The translations under genes were made by a program, and so were the position numbers. A stretch of 57,483 nucleotides of DNA from an uncultured Faecalimonas sp. (GTDB lineage Bacteria > Bacillota > Clostridia > Lachnospirales > Lachnospiraceae), in NCBI GenBank assembly GCA_964604665.1, contig CAZRZV010000003.1, forward strand, positions 1-57,483, read 5' to 3'. The notes under the pieces were generated by a model that saw only the letters and a list, made by a program, of their open reading frames with translations, was not told the origin of the DNA and ran no database searches. This document shows positions 38,348-48,571 of the stretch, piece after piece. Position 1 is the stretch's first letter, and every line of letters begins with the position of its first letter.

Positions 38348-38617
38348 TTATTCTTCAAACACATCCTCTGTTTCTTCGTATTTCTGAAGAATCAATGTCT
38401 GAATACGTTCTCTTGTTCCTGAATTGATTGGGTGTGCTATATCACGGTACTCTCCATCAAGTGCTTTCTTACTTGGCATTGCGATAAAAAGTCCTTTTTC
38501 GCCCTCTATCACTTTGATATCATGTACTACAAACTCGTCATCTATGGTAATAGATACGACTGCTTTCAATTTCCCTTCTTTCGCAACTTTTCTTACTCTT
38601 ACATCTGTGATTTGCAT
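38348..38617 (-). CDS. spoVG: Septation/sporulation regulator SpoVG
   Basis: MQITDVRVR...[19 protein letters not shown]...DIAHPIN. Confidence 0.95.
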   Translation of the reverse strand: MQITDVRVRKVAKEGKLKAVVSITIDDEFVVHDIKVIEGEKGLFIAMPSKKALDGEYRDIAHPINSGTRERIQTLILQKYEETEDVFEE

Positions 38618-38643
38618 AATCTTGCCCCTTTCCTGATATAGCT

Positions 38644-39765
38644 CTATTCCAGCCCATATCTCTCGCTTTTCTCTACTACTACTTTGACACCGTTTTCACC
38701 AACGTGTCTTGTGTTTGCCCGGATTGTATCACGACTTTCAACGATACAATTCTCGATATAAGTATTGTCTCCCAAATATACGTCATTTAAAATAATAGAA
38801 TTTTTAATCACGCAATTATTTCCGACAAACACTTTCTTAAATAAGATTGAATTTTCAACCGTTCCGTTGATAATACTTCCGCTTGCAATCAAACTATTCT
38901 TCACAACCGCGCCCGGATTATATTTTGCCGGCGGCAGGTCGCTTACCTTTGTCTGAATGCTTGGATACTCTTTAAAGAACTGTTTCCTAAGTTCCGGTTT
39001 TAGAAAATCCATGTTTGTTTTGTAATAAGAATCCACGGTTGCAACGTTATTCCAATAACCGTCCATCTTATATGCACAAATCTTTTTCAGATTCTTATAA
39101 CCAATCAGAATATCTTTTACAAAATCGTATCGTTCATCCTCAATACTTTGTTCAATCAACTCAATCAGCAGTCTTCTGCGCATAATATAAATACCGGTAG
39201 AAATCAAATTGGATTTTGCAAACATTGGTTTTTCTTCAAAGTCATGAATCTGCATGTCTTCATCGACTCTTATGGTTCCGAAGCGTCTTGCATCTTCTCC
39301 TTCTCCCAATTCCTTACATACGACTGTAATGTCCGCCTGCTTTTCAATATGGTACTCTAATACCTTTTCGTAATCCATTTTGTATACGGCATCACCTGAG
39401 GTAATCACCACATATGGCTCATGACATTTTTTTAAGAAATCGATATTCTGATAAATTGCATCTGCTGTTCCGCGGAACCAGTAATTATTGTCCGCTGTGA
39501 TAGTCGGTGTGAATACATACATTCCACCTTGTTTTCGTCCAAAATCCCACCACTTTGCCGAACTTAAATGTTCGCTCAAAGAACGGGAATTGTACTGTGT
39601 CAGAATTGCTACCTTGTGCACATGTGAATTAGACATATTACTCAATGCGAAGTCAATCGCACGATAACTTCCGGCTATCGGCATCGCTGCAGCTGCACGT
39701 TTACGGACTAATTCTTTCAACTTATTACTGCTTCCACCTGCTAAAATAATACCTACTGCTTTCAT
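38644..39765 (-). CDS. glgD: Glucose-1-phosphate adenylyltransferase subunit GlgD
   Basis: [21 protein letters not shown]-terminal hexapeptide repeats; follows glgC. Confidence 0.92.
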   Translation of the reverse strand: MKAVGIILAGGSSNKLKELVRKRAAAAMPIAGSYRAIDFALSNMSNSHVHKVAILTQYNSRSLSEHLSSAKWWDFGRKQGGMYVFTPTITADNNYWFRGTADAIYQNIDFLKKCHEPYVVITSGDAVYKMDYEKVLEYHIEKQADITVVCKELGEGEDARRFGTIRVDEDMQIHDFEEKPMFAKSNLISTGIYIMRRRLLIELIEQSIEDERYDFVKDILIGYKNLKKICAYKMDGYWNNVATVDSYYKTNMDFLKPELRKQFFKEYPSIQTKVSDLPPAKYNPGAVVKNSLIASGSIINGTVENSILFKKVFVGNNCVIKNSIILNDVYLGDNTYIENCIVESRDTIRANTRHVGENGVKVVVEKSERYGLE

Positions 39766-41036
39766 GCCTTATCACCTGCCTTTACCAAAGTCTCGCCGCT
39801 TTCCAGCACACCATTTGCATAGTCTTCCTGCACTGTCATACCGCTGATGGCTGTATTCTTTCCGATCTGTACTCCGGACGGAATCACGGAATTTTCACCG
39901 ACTACAACCAATCCGAATGAATAAATGTGTGGCTTTTCTTTATTCAGAACGTCTTCGCCAACCCCCATCCTAACATGGTCGTTGACAACAACATTTTCTG
40001 CAATAATCGCTTTATCAATTACGCATCCTTCCTTAATCACCACATCTTGCATGATAATGGAGTCTCTTACCACTGCTCCTTTTTCAATCACAACTCCTGC
40101 ACCGATTACTGAATTATGTACTTCGCCGTAAAACTCAACTCAGTTACTTATAATACATCTGTCCAGTACCTCTTTATAAGAAATGTTTTGTGTTGGAATA
40201 ATTCAATTATTTTTATATATTTTCCAATACTCCTCATACAAATTAAATTCAGGAATAATGCTGATTAACTCCATATTAGCTTCCCAGTAGGAACCCAAAG
40301 TTCCAACATCTTTCCAATATCCGCTAAATTCATATGCAAACAATCTCTTGTTATTCGTATGACAATACGGAATAATATGTTTTCCAAAGTCACATCCCGG
40401 CTCGTCCCGTTTTTGAATCAACGCATCCCGTAGTACCGGCCAGCTGAAAATATAGATTCCCATAGAAGCCAGATTGCTTCTCGGATTTTCCGGTTTTTCC
40501 TCAAATGCTGTGATTTGACCATCCTTGTCCGTCACGACAATACCGAACCGATGGGCTTCTTCCATTGGTACAGGCATCGCCGCAATCGTAACATCAGCAT
40601 TATGTTCTTTATGGAAGTCCAACATTTCTTCGTAATCCATTTTGTAAATGTGATCACCCGATAAGATTAACACGTAATCAGGGTTGTACATCTCCATAAA
40701 TTCAAGATTCTGATAGATTGCATTTGCAGTACCGGTATACCATTCGCTGTTATCGCTCTTCTCATATGGCGGAAGTACGGTAACTCCTCCCACATTGCGA
40801 TCCAAATCCCATGGGATTCCGATTCCGATATGTGCATTCAATCGCAAAGGCTGGTATTGTGTCAAGACACCCACCGTATCTACACCCGAATTGATACAGT
40901 TACTAAGCGGAAAATCAATGATTCGATATTTGCCTCCGAAGGCTACCGCAGGCTTTGCCACTTTTGCAGTAAGAACACCCAGTCTGCTGCCTTGTCCACC
41001 TGCTAAGAGCATTGCTATCATTTCCTTTTTCTTCAT
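39762..41036 (-). pseudogene. glgC: Glucose-1-phosphate adenylyltransferase; one 425-codon frame with two in-frame TGA (probable assembly error)
   Basis: [26 protein letters not shown]; TGA at 40205-40203 and 40142-40140; no frameshift. Confidence 0.85.
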
Positions 41037-41254
41037 GTCTCCACCTCTTCTCAGTAGTTAATATTATTAGTATATCATACAAAAACCTTTTCGTGAATGA
41101 TTTTAACAAAAATTTTTAATTTTTTGTTAACTTTTTGTGAATATCTTACAAAATAAACTACTTGGTTTTTTTCTGATATCTGTATATAATATATAGGAGA
41201 GAATATGGTATTATTACCATTTCTTACATACAAATTTGGATAGGACGTGTAGTT

Positions 41255-42631
41255 ATGTATAAAATCGATTTTAAGAAACCACTTCATGTACATTTCATCG
41301 GAATCGGCGGCATCAGTATGAGCGGCCTCGCAGAGATTTTATTGAAAGAAAACTTTATCATTTCGGGTTCCGACTCACAGCATTCCACATTAACAGAACA
41401 TTTAGAAAACTTGGGAGCCACTATTTTTTATCCACAAAAGGCTTCCAATATTATAGATGGCATTGATGTTGTCGTTTACACTGCGGCCATTCATGCCGAT
41501 AACCCTGAGTTTGCCGAGGCACAGAGGCAAAATCTTCCGATGCTCTCCCGCGCTCAGCTCTTAGGTCAATTGATGAAAAATTACGAGATGCCGATTGCGA
41601 TTTCCGGCACACACGGAAAAACAACGACGACTTCCATGCTCTCTCAGATTTTATTGGAAGCAGAAGCCGACCCGACCATTTCAGTCGGAGGTATTTTAAA
41701 TGCCATTGGCGGAAACATCCGTGTGGGAAATTCCGAGATCTTTGTAACAGAGGCATGTGAATACACCAATAGCTTTCTGAATTTCTTTCCGAAAATCGGC
41801 GTAATCTTAAATGTGGAAGAAGATCACATGGACTTCTTCAAAGATATTAATGATATTCGAAATTCTTTCCACAAGTTTGCCTCCCTTCTCCCGGAAGACG
41901 GAGCTCTTGTAATTAACAGGAATATCGATGCCATTGAAACCATCACAAAAGATTTATCCTGCAAAGTAATTACATACTCTGAGACACAGGATGCCGATTA
42001 TACTGCTGCAAACATTACTTTCGACGAACTTGGAAATGCGTCGTTTGACTTGATAAAATACGGAACATATGTGGAACGCATTACCTTATCGGTTGCAGGA
42101 AATCATAATGTTTCCAATGCGCTTTCAGTCATTGCTGTGGCTGATTTGCTTGAGATTCCTCTCGATACTATTAAGAAAGGACTTGTCTCTTTCACGGGAA
42201 CCGTTCGCCGTTTTCAATACAAGGGAGAAAGAAATGGGTTTACAATCATTGATGACTACGCTCATCACCCGACGGAAATCCGTGCAACACTGACTTCAGC
42301 CCAAAATTATCCACATAGAGAAATCTGGTGCATTTTTCAGCCTCATACTTATACAAGAACCAAGGCATTCTTCCACGAATTTGCCAAGGCACTTTCACTG
42401 GCTGACCATGTGATTCTTGCGGATATCTATGCCGCACGTGAAACAGATACTCTCGGAATCTGTTCGGAAGATTTAGCAGAAGAACTGAAAAAGTCAGGCA
42501 CCGACGCGTACTACCTTCCAAGCTTTGAAGCAATTGAGAATTTTGTCCTCGAAAAAGTTATCCACGGGGACTTGTTGATAACTATGGGGGCGGGAAATGT
42601 TGTAAACATTGGAGAATCTCTTTTAAAATAG
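41255..42631 (+). CDS. murC: UDP-N-acetylmuramate--L-alanine ligase
   Basis: GIGGISMSG, GTHGKTTT, EACE, DDYAHHP, FQPH, MGAG. Confidence 0.95.
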   Translation: MYKIDFKKPLHVHFIGIGGISMSGLAEILLKENFIISGSDSQHSTLTEHLENLGATIFYPQKASNIIDGIDVVVYTAAIHADNPEFAEAQRQNLPMLSRAQLLGQLMKNYEMPIAISGTHGKTTTTSMLSQILLEAEADPTISVGGILNAIGGNIRVGNSEIFVTEACEYTNSFLNFFPKIGVILNVEEDHMDFFKDINDIRNSFHKFASLLPEDGALVINRNIDAIETITKDLSCKVITYSETQDADYTAANITFDELGNASFDLIKYGTYVERITLSVAGNHNVSNALSVIAVADLLEIPLDTIKKGLVSFTGTVRRFQYKGERNGFTIIDDYAHHPTEIRATLTSAQNYPHREIWCIFQPHTYTRTKAFFHEFAKALSLADHVILADIYAARETDTLGICSEDLAEELKKSGTDAYYLPSFEAIENFVLEKVIHGDLLITMGAGNVVNIGESLLK

Positions 42632-42696
42632 AAATTATCCACATTATCCACATTATCCACATAATTGTTATCCACAAAAAAGAAAAGATATCCACG
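42558..42696. promoter_or_regulatory. DnaA-box cluster upstream of the dnaD-dnaC-prs operon
   Basis: Perfect TTATCCACA at 42635, 42644, 42653 and 42668; near-matches at 42558, 42573 (reverse) and 42688. Confidence 0.85.
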
Positions 42697-42767
42697 GAAA
42701 AATACTTTTGACGTCTCTTGTATAGTGCTATAATACCCCTACCATGAGATAAAAGGCGGTAGATAAG

Positions 42768-43754
42768 ATGAAGACATTAACACTCCGAAACCGTTTTCAG
42801 GGCAACAGCATTATTTTGGAAAACGATTTTATAGACAATTATATGACAAAGGCAAATGGAGAGTACGTAAAAGTATACCTTTTACTGTTACGCCATTTAA
42901 ATATGCCGGATGCCGCCCTGACTATTTCAAAGCTGGCAGATGGTTTGGATTGCACAGAAAAAGATATTCTCCGTGCTTTGAAATACTGGTCTAAAACAGG
43001 ACTCTTAAATATCGATTATGACGAGACCGGCGCTGTTTGCGGAATTTCCGTAGGACAAGATTCCCTTGACCCGGCTTCGGAAGCGTCAAAAGAGAAATCT
43101 ACTGCCAAAACGGAACGTTCAGAAGAAAACAAGCAGCTAAGTCAATTGTATTTTGTAACAGAACAGTATCTTGGCAAGCCTTTAACACCTCTGGATTGTC
43201 AAAAAATCAACTATTTCTATGATACATTGCACTTTTCAATCGATTTGATTGAATACCTGATTGAGTCCTGCGTGGAGAATGGACGCAAAACCATGCGTTC
43301 CATAGAAAAGGTTGCTCTTGACTGGTCTGATAAAAATGTTACAACCGTGGAAGAAGCGAAAGAAATTACTTTCCTTTACCACAAAAATTATAAAAACTAT
43401 TACACTATTTTAAAAACTTTCGGTATTTCCGGAAGAAATCCTGCTCCGGTAGAAATCGGTTATATGAAAAAATGGTTGGAGGAATATGGTTTCACCATGG
43501 ATATTATTTTGGAAGCCTGCAACCGTACCATTACGAATACTGCAAAACCTGATTTTAAATATGCAGATTCCATTCTGAAAAAGTGGCACACACAAAAAGT
43601 GATTTACATAACAGACATCTCTCGTCTGGATGCCGCTCACGAACAGAAAAAGACTGCGAAACCGACTGTAAAGAGCAACAATCGTTTTAACAACTTTGAA
43701 AGCCGTTCTTATGATATTTCTTCATTGGAACAGCAACTTCTTAACACCCGATAA
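42768..43754 (+). CDS. DnaD/DnaB-domain replication protein
   Basis: N.FID.YM..ANGEYVKVYL winged helix and two DnaD-like repeats (IEKVALDW; FKYADSILKKW). Confidence 0.87.
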   Translation: MKTLTLRNRFQGNSIILENDFIDNYMTKANGEYVKVYLLLLRHLNMPDAALTISKLADGLDCTEKDILRALKYWSKTGLLNIDYDETGAVCGISVGQDSLDPASEASKEKSTAKTERSEENKQLSQLYFVTEQYLGKPLTPLDCQKINYFYDTLHFSIDLIEYLIESCVENGRKTMRSIEKVALDWSDKNVTTVEEAKEITFLYHKNYKNYYTILKTFGISGRNPAPVEIGYMKKWLEEYGFTMDIILEACNRTITNTAKPDFKYADSILKKWHTQKVIYITDISRLDAAHEQKKTAKPTVKSNNRFNNFESRSYDISSLEQQLLNTR

Positions 43755-43770
43755 ATAAAGGAGATTCATC

Positions 43771-44766
43771 GTGGCTATTAGTAATACGCAATACAATACC
43801 ATTTTTCGTAATTACGAGCAAAAACAGATACGTAATCGCGAGATTACGGAAGAACGACGCAAAACGGTATATCAGCAAATCCCGGAAATGGAAACCTTGC
43901 ACAATTCCATTTCACAGTTAAGTGTCAGACAAGCCCGCAAGTTATTGAGCGGCGATACAAATGCTCTGGCGGACTTAAAAAAACAACTTCAAACACTTTT
44001 AGATAAGAAAGCAGAACTTTTGGTTTCTGCCGGTTTTCCTGCTGATTATCTGGAACCCGTTTATGAATGTGCCGATTGCAAAGATACCGGTTACATCGGC
44101 AATGAAAAGTGCCACTGTTTCCAAAAGGCAATTGTGGACTTATTATACACACAATCGAATCTGAAAAATATTCTCAAAAAGGAGAATTTTGATACATTTT
44201 CATTTGACTACTACTCGGATAATCACATTGACCCTACGACGGGCCGTTCTTCTCTTGCAACGATGAGAGACGCCTACATGGTTGCACATAAATTTGTGGA
44301 CACATTCCGAGATGATTTTCGCAATCTATTCCTTTACGGAGATACAGGTATCGGAAAGACTTTTCTTACCAACTGTATCGCCAAGGAATTAATTGATAAA
44401 TCCTTTTCTGTAATCTATTTGACTGCCTATGAGTTATTTGATACCCTGGCAAAGAGTAAATTCGGAAGAGATGATGATGCTGAAACAATGTATGAACACG
44501 TTTTAGACTGTGACTTGTTAATTATTGATGATTTGGGAACGGAACTTGCCAATTCCTTTACGGTATCGCAATTGTTCCTCTGCCTGAACGAGCGCCTGCT
44601 CAGAAAGAAATCGACAATTATATCCACGAACCTTTCGCTGGAATCCGTTGTTGACATCTATTCAGAAAGAACGTTTTCCCGTATCACAAGCAATTATACA
44701 ATGTTAAAATTAACCGGTGACGATATCCGCATCAAGAAGAAACTAATGAATAGGGAGGAAGATTAA
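43771..44766 (+). CDS. DnaC/DnaI-like helicase loader ATPase
   Basis: CADCKDTG...CHC Zn motif, GDTGIGKT, LIIDDLGTE, ISTNL, SRI. Confidence 0.87.
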   Translation: MAISNTQYNTIFRNYEQKQIRNREITEERRKTVYQQIPEMETLHNSISQLSVRQARKLLSGDTNALADLKKQLQTLLDKKAELLVSAGFPADYLEPVYECADCKDTGYIGNEKCHCFQKAIVDLLYTQSNLKNILKKENFDTFSFDYYSDNHIDPTTGRSSLATMRDAYMVAHKFVDTFRDDFRNLFLYGDTGIGKTFLTNCIAKELIDKSFSVIYLTAYELFDTLAKSKFGRDDDAETMYEHVLDCDLLIIDDLGTELANSFTVSQLFLCLNERLLRKKSTIISTNLSLESVVDIYSERTFSRITSNYTMLKLTGDDIRIKKKLMNREED

Positions 44767-45953
44767 TGACACATCGTACAAACCGCACTTTAGAAAATAT
44801 GCCTGTAGGCCCTCTTGGCTTCATTCCAATCAACGGTTGCCAGGAACTGGGTAAAAAAATAGACGACTATCTTGTAGCGTGGCGTAAGGAAGATGCAAAA
44901 GATATAGAAAATGACGCTGTTTTTGTTGATTACGCAAAAACATCTTACATCATTGATGCAAGAGTTCCACGTTTTGGTTCCGGAGAGGCCAAAGGAATTA
45001 TCAATGAATCTGTAAGAGGTAAGGACGTTTATCTTATGGTAGATGTCTGCAACTACAGCATCACATACAAATTGTCAGGGAATATCAATCGTATGTCACC
45101 TGACGACCATTTCCAAAACTTAAAAAGAGTAATCGCTGCTATCGGTGGAAAAGCACGCAGAATCAATGTGATTATGCCATTTCTTTATGAGAGCAGACAA
45201 CATAAGAGAAGTTCCCGCGAATCCCTTGACTGTGCGCTTGCACTTCAGGAATTGGTTCGCATGGGCGTAGACAATATTATTACATTTGATGCTCACGACC
45301 CTCGTGTACAGAATGCAATTCCGCTTCACGGATTTGAAACAGTTCGTCCTGCATATCAATTCGTAAAAGGTCTCCTCAGCGCCTACGATGATTTGAAAAT
45401 TGACGGCGACCACATGATGGTAATCAGCCCTGATGAAGGCGCTACAGACCGTGCCATTTACCTTGCAAACGTACTTGGTATTGATATGGGTATGTTCTAC
45501 AAACGTCGTGACTACACAAGAGTCGTTGACGGACGTAATCCGATTGTCGCACATGAATTTTTGGGTTCTTCTGTAGAAGGAAAGGATGTAATTATTATCG
45601 ATGATATGATTTCTTCCGGAGAGAGTATGCTTGATGTCGCGCAACAATTAAAAGATAGAAAGGCGAACAGAATCTTTGCTGCTTCTACCTTTGGCTTGTT
45701 TACGGGAGGTCTTTCAAAATTTGATGAGGCGTATGAGAAAAGCATTATTACAGGCGTGTTAACTACGAACTCAATTTACCAGACACCGGAACTCCTTAGC
45801 AGACCTTGGTACATTAACTGTGATGTAAGTAAATACATTGCCTACATCATTGACACATTAAATCATGATGGTTCTATCAGCGACCTTTTAGACCCAACAC
45901 GAAGAATTCAGGAAATTGTTGCAAAATACAATTCAGGGGCTAAAATTGATTAA
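44766..45953 (+). CDS. prs: Ribose-phosphate pyrophosphokinase
   Basis: FGSGE, PFLYESRQ, DAHD, SPDEG, IIDDMISSGES. Confidence 0.92.
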   Translation: MTHRTNRTLENMPVGPLGFIPINGCQELGKKIDDYLVAWRKEDAKDIENDAVFVDYAKTSYIIDARVPRFGSGEAKGIINESVRGKDVYLMVDVCNYSITYKLSGNINRMSPDDHFQNLKRVIAAIGGKARRINVIMPFLYESRQHKRSSRESLDCALALQELVRMGVDNIITFDAHDPRVQNAIPLHGFETVRPAYQFVKGLLSAYDDLKIDGDHMMVISPDEGATDRAIYLANVLGIDMGMFYKRRDYTRVVDGRNPIVAHEFLGSSVEGKDVIIIDDMISSGESMLDVAQQLKDRKANRIFAASTFGLFTGGLSKFDEAYEKSIITGVLTTNSIYQTPELLSRPWYINCDVSKYIAYIIDTLNHDGSISDLLDPTRRIQEIVAKYNSGAKID

Positions 45954-45968
45954 TACAATTCAAAAAGA

Positions 45969-46004
45969 AAAAAGGGAAGCAGAACGAATGCTGCTTCCCT
46001 TTTT
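45969..46004. terminator. Bidirectional terminator
   Basis: AAAAGGGAAGCAG...CTGCTTCCCTTTT. Confidence 0.8.
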
Positions 46005-46005
46005 A

Positions 46006-47439
46006 TTAGAGCCTTTTTAAGATTTCTCCTTCTCTCTTTTGACATGTAAAGAGTAATACCTGCTTTTTGTTTTCTTTTAACCATCTAAGAGTATTTTCCA
46101 GACGCTTATCATCATAGTAGACAAACGTATCATCCAAAATGACCGGATACTCTTCTTCATGCAGAATTTCACTCGCCGCCATGCGCAGTGCAAAATAGAT
46201 TTGCTCAATTGTGCCCCTGCTTACCTGGTCAATGCTAATTCTGCGTCCTTGCGTATAAAGACTCATCCGAAGTTTCTCATCCACAAACAACATTTCATAC
46301 TTTCCGCCTGTAATCTTCGACAACACCTCCGAAGCCTTTTCGTTGAGCCGAATGCTGAGTTCCTCATGAACATCTTTCGATAATTCTGTCATTCTTTCCA
46401 TCGCCAAAGTCAAAGCCATGCTCTTCTTTAATTGCCTTTGATATACATCATCCGTTTCAGACAACTCCTCTATCTGCTCCTGCAAATTATCACGCATGGT
46501 CTGCTTCTCTTGCAATTCCTGTTGCAAATGTTCCCGTTGCCATAAAAATCTCGAATTCTCTGAATCTTCTTCCTTCTTTCCATTCCGATTCAAACCGCTG
46601 ATAAGTATAATAATGGCGCTGATTGCCACCACTGCCGCGACTATAATCGGCGATATATCAAACAGAGCCATACCGACAACACTTCCCAGAAAAATACCCA
46701 GCAGCAAGACAAACTTTTTCCCCCACCCGGCATTATCTTTCACCGTTTCCTGTGTGGCTGCAAGCTTCTCATCCAATTCTTCTATTTCCTGCTCCAATTT
46801 TTGCACATCACGCAAAATATAACTTCTCTCTTGTTCAATGTGCTGTATCTGCTCTTCTCTCTTTTGCCGAAGCTCCCGAATCTCTTTCTCAACATCCTTT
46901 TTCTGATTGCGAAGTCTGTTTAATGCACCGTCCAAATCAATCTCACTGTTTCCTGTTGCATAATAATTCGTTGCATAGTTTTGCAATTCTGCCGCCAGAT
47001 TTTGATTGGTCTCCACTTTCATCTGTCCGACTGCAACCGTATTCTCATAATTAGAAGCCCCAAGCCCATTCAAAATGTGTTCCAAGTCCCCGTGTTCTAT
47101 GGAAAATTCTTCCCCGTCATCTTCGCAAATCAGGCTGGCACTTTTTCCGTATTTATCAAAATTTCTTGTCAGGGTGAAATTCTTCCCACCGCTTTCAAAT
47201 TTTAAAACGCCGGAATAGTAATTGGGATTTTCCCATGGTTCATAAATGCTGAAGGTATCATTTGCAGAAGCTCTTCCTCTCCCTCTCTCCATACCAAACA
47301 GCATGCTTTTGATAAACGTATGAATTGTCGTTTTCCCGAACTCATTCTCACCATAAAACAGATTGATTCCATCTTCCAGAACAATCCTTTTATCTGAGAA
47401 CTTGCCGAAATTCTTCAAATAAAGTTCCCTTATCTTCAT
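46006..47439 (-). CDS. YhaN/SbcC-like coiled-coil ATPase with central TM segments
   Basis: NFGKF, GENEFGKTT, SRGTIEQ signature, ILDD, FTC. Confidence 0.82.
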   Translation of the reverse strand: MKIRELYLKNFGKFSDKRIVLEDGINLFYGENEFGKTTIHTFIKSMLFGMERGRGRASANDTFSIYEPWENPNYYSGVLKFESGGKNFTLTRNFDKYGKSASLICEDDGEEFSIEHGDLEHILNGLGASNYENTVAVGQMKVETNQNLAAELQNYATNYYATGNSEIDLDGALNRLRNQKKDVEKEIRELRQKREEQIQHIEQERSYILRDVQKLEQEIEELDEKLAATQETVKDNAGWGKKFVLLLGIFLGSVVGMALFDISPIIVAAVVAISAIIILISGLNRNGKKEEDSENSRFLWQREHLQQELQEKQTMRDNLQEQIEELSETDDVYQRQLKKSMALTLAMERMTELSKDVHEELSIRLNEKASEVLSKITGGKYEMLFVDEKLRMSLYTQGRRISIDQVSRGTIEQIYFALRMAASEILHEEEYPVILDDTFVYYDDKRLENTLRWLKENKKQVLLFTCQKREGEILKRL

Positions 47440-47441
47440 CC

Positions 47442-48497
47442 TTATCCCCTTTTCGTTTCCATAAGAGCCTGCACGCCCAAATACAGCGCCTGATATTCCA
47501 CGCTTGTCTCCTCGAAGCCTTCCAAGCTTTCAATGTATCTTCCCAACAGATTCCCTTCATTTTGCTCGGCTATTTTAGAAAAATCATAGGCAGGTGCCGT
47601 CTCATCTACAACCGAGAATACATTTCCCAAAGTCATCATATCCTGTACGTCGAAACTGATATCGGCGTCCCGAAATCCCTTTAGGATAAATTTGTACATA
47701 TTCTCTATCCCCCACTCTTTCATAAAGTCACGAAGATATTCCTTCAATGCCCCATTTGTAATTGTCTTATCTACCTGCACCTTAGTATGTATGTACTCCC
47801 TCTTTGCAAACGGGACAAATTCTGTCTTTACCCCTTGCGTTGTGATTTCCCCGAGGATATATCCGTGTTTTCCTGTATCATTTACGTCTGTCGGTTCCAA
47901 GGCTCCTGCATAGATTGCCTTATTTTCCAAAATCACCTGCGGTTTGTGGATATGTCCCATGGCAATGTAATGATATCCCAATCTGTCCAGTGTCTCTTTT
48001 TTCACAGGAATATGCTTTTCATCACCGCCATGTGCCAATAAAATTTCATGCTTTTGTTTTCCCATTGCAAATGCATTGTCATATAATCCGTCTGTAATTT
48101 CCCGCTGATGGTAACTAAGACCATAAACTGCCGTTTCTAACTCCCGAAATTCGATACACTTTAACTGTGCATCAAAAATAGGATAGACATTTTCGTTCCA
48201 TGAAAACTCACGATAGTAAGAGTCCGGTTTCAGATAATCGTGATTGCCTACAATAAATACAACCTTTGTCTTGGACAACTTGGAAAACAGATAATTCACT
48301 TCCTTTAATTCCCTCATAGGAGGCTGCCTGTGAAACAAATCTCCCGCTATGAGAAGCAAATCCGCCTGTTCTTTCTCACAAACATCTATCACATTTTCAA
48401 AAGCCTCCCGGATTTCTTTTGCTCTGACCCCGCTTTGCTCTTGTAACCCATCCGGACTGACCCCCAGATGAACATCTGCTATATGAATGAATTTCAT
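47442..48497 (-). CDS. YhaO/SbcD-like metallophosphoesterase (Mre11-type)
   Basis: ADVHLG, AGDLF, GNHD, AHG, MGHIH. Confidence 0.87.
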   Translation of the reverse strand: MKFIHIADVHLGVSPDGLQEQSGVRAKEIREAFENVIDVCEKEQADLLLIAGDLFHRQPPMRELKEVNYLFSKLSKTKVVFIVGNHDYLKPDSYYREFSWNENVYPIFDAQLKCIEFRELETAVYGLSYHQREITDGLYDNAFAMGKQKHEILLAHGGDEKHIPVKKETLDRLGYHYIAMGHIHKPQVILENKAIYAGALEPTDVNDTGKHGYILGEITTQGVKTEFVPFAKREYIHTKVQVDKTITNGALKEYLRDFMKEWGIENMYKFILKGFRDADISFDVQDMMTLGNVFSVVDETAPAYDFSKIAEQNEGNLLGRYIESLEGFEETSVEYQALYLGVQALMETKRG

Positions 48498-48571
48498 CTC
48501 TCTTCCCCTTCTTCATGATGTATTCTAAGAAAAAAGAGCGTGGAAACTTAAAGTTCCACGCCCCATACATC

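Noticed and set aside
40140-40205. TGA recoding (Gly, Trp or Sec) to explain the glgC stops
   Set aside because: TGA is a normal stop elsewhere in the window (for example the A24, tadE and cpaF genes), and neighbouring codons are also corrupted
40125-40215. Diversity-generating retroelement variable region, or an intron/insertion in glgC
   Set aside because: The changes appear to affect C and G rather than A; no template repeat or reverse transcriptase is visible; gene length and frame are preserved
42635-42676. oriC or a CRISPR-like repeat
   Set aside because: No dnaA/dnaN nearby and no obvious unwinding element; 9-bp units without spacers are not CRISPR
43771-44766. IS21 IstB or prophage replication module
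   Set aside because: No IstA or phage genes; embedded between murC and prs
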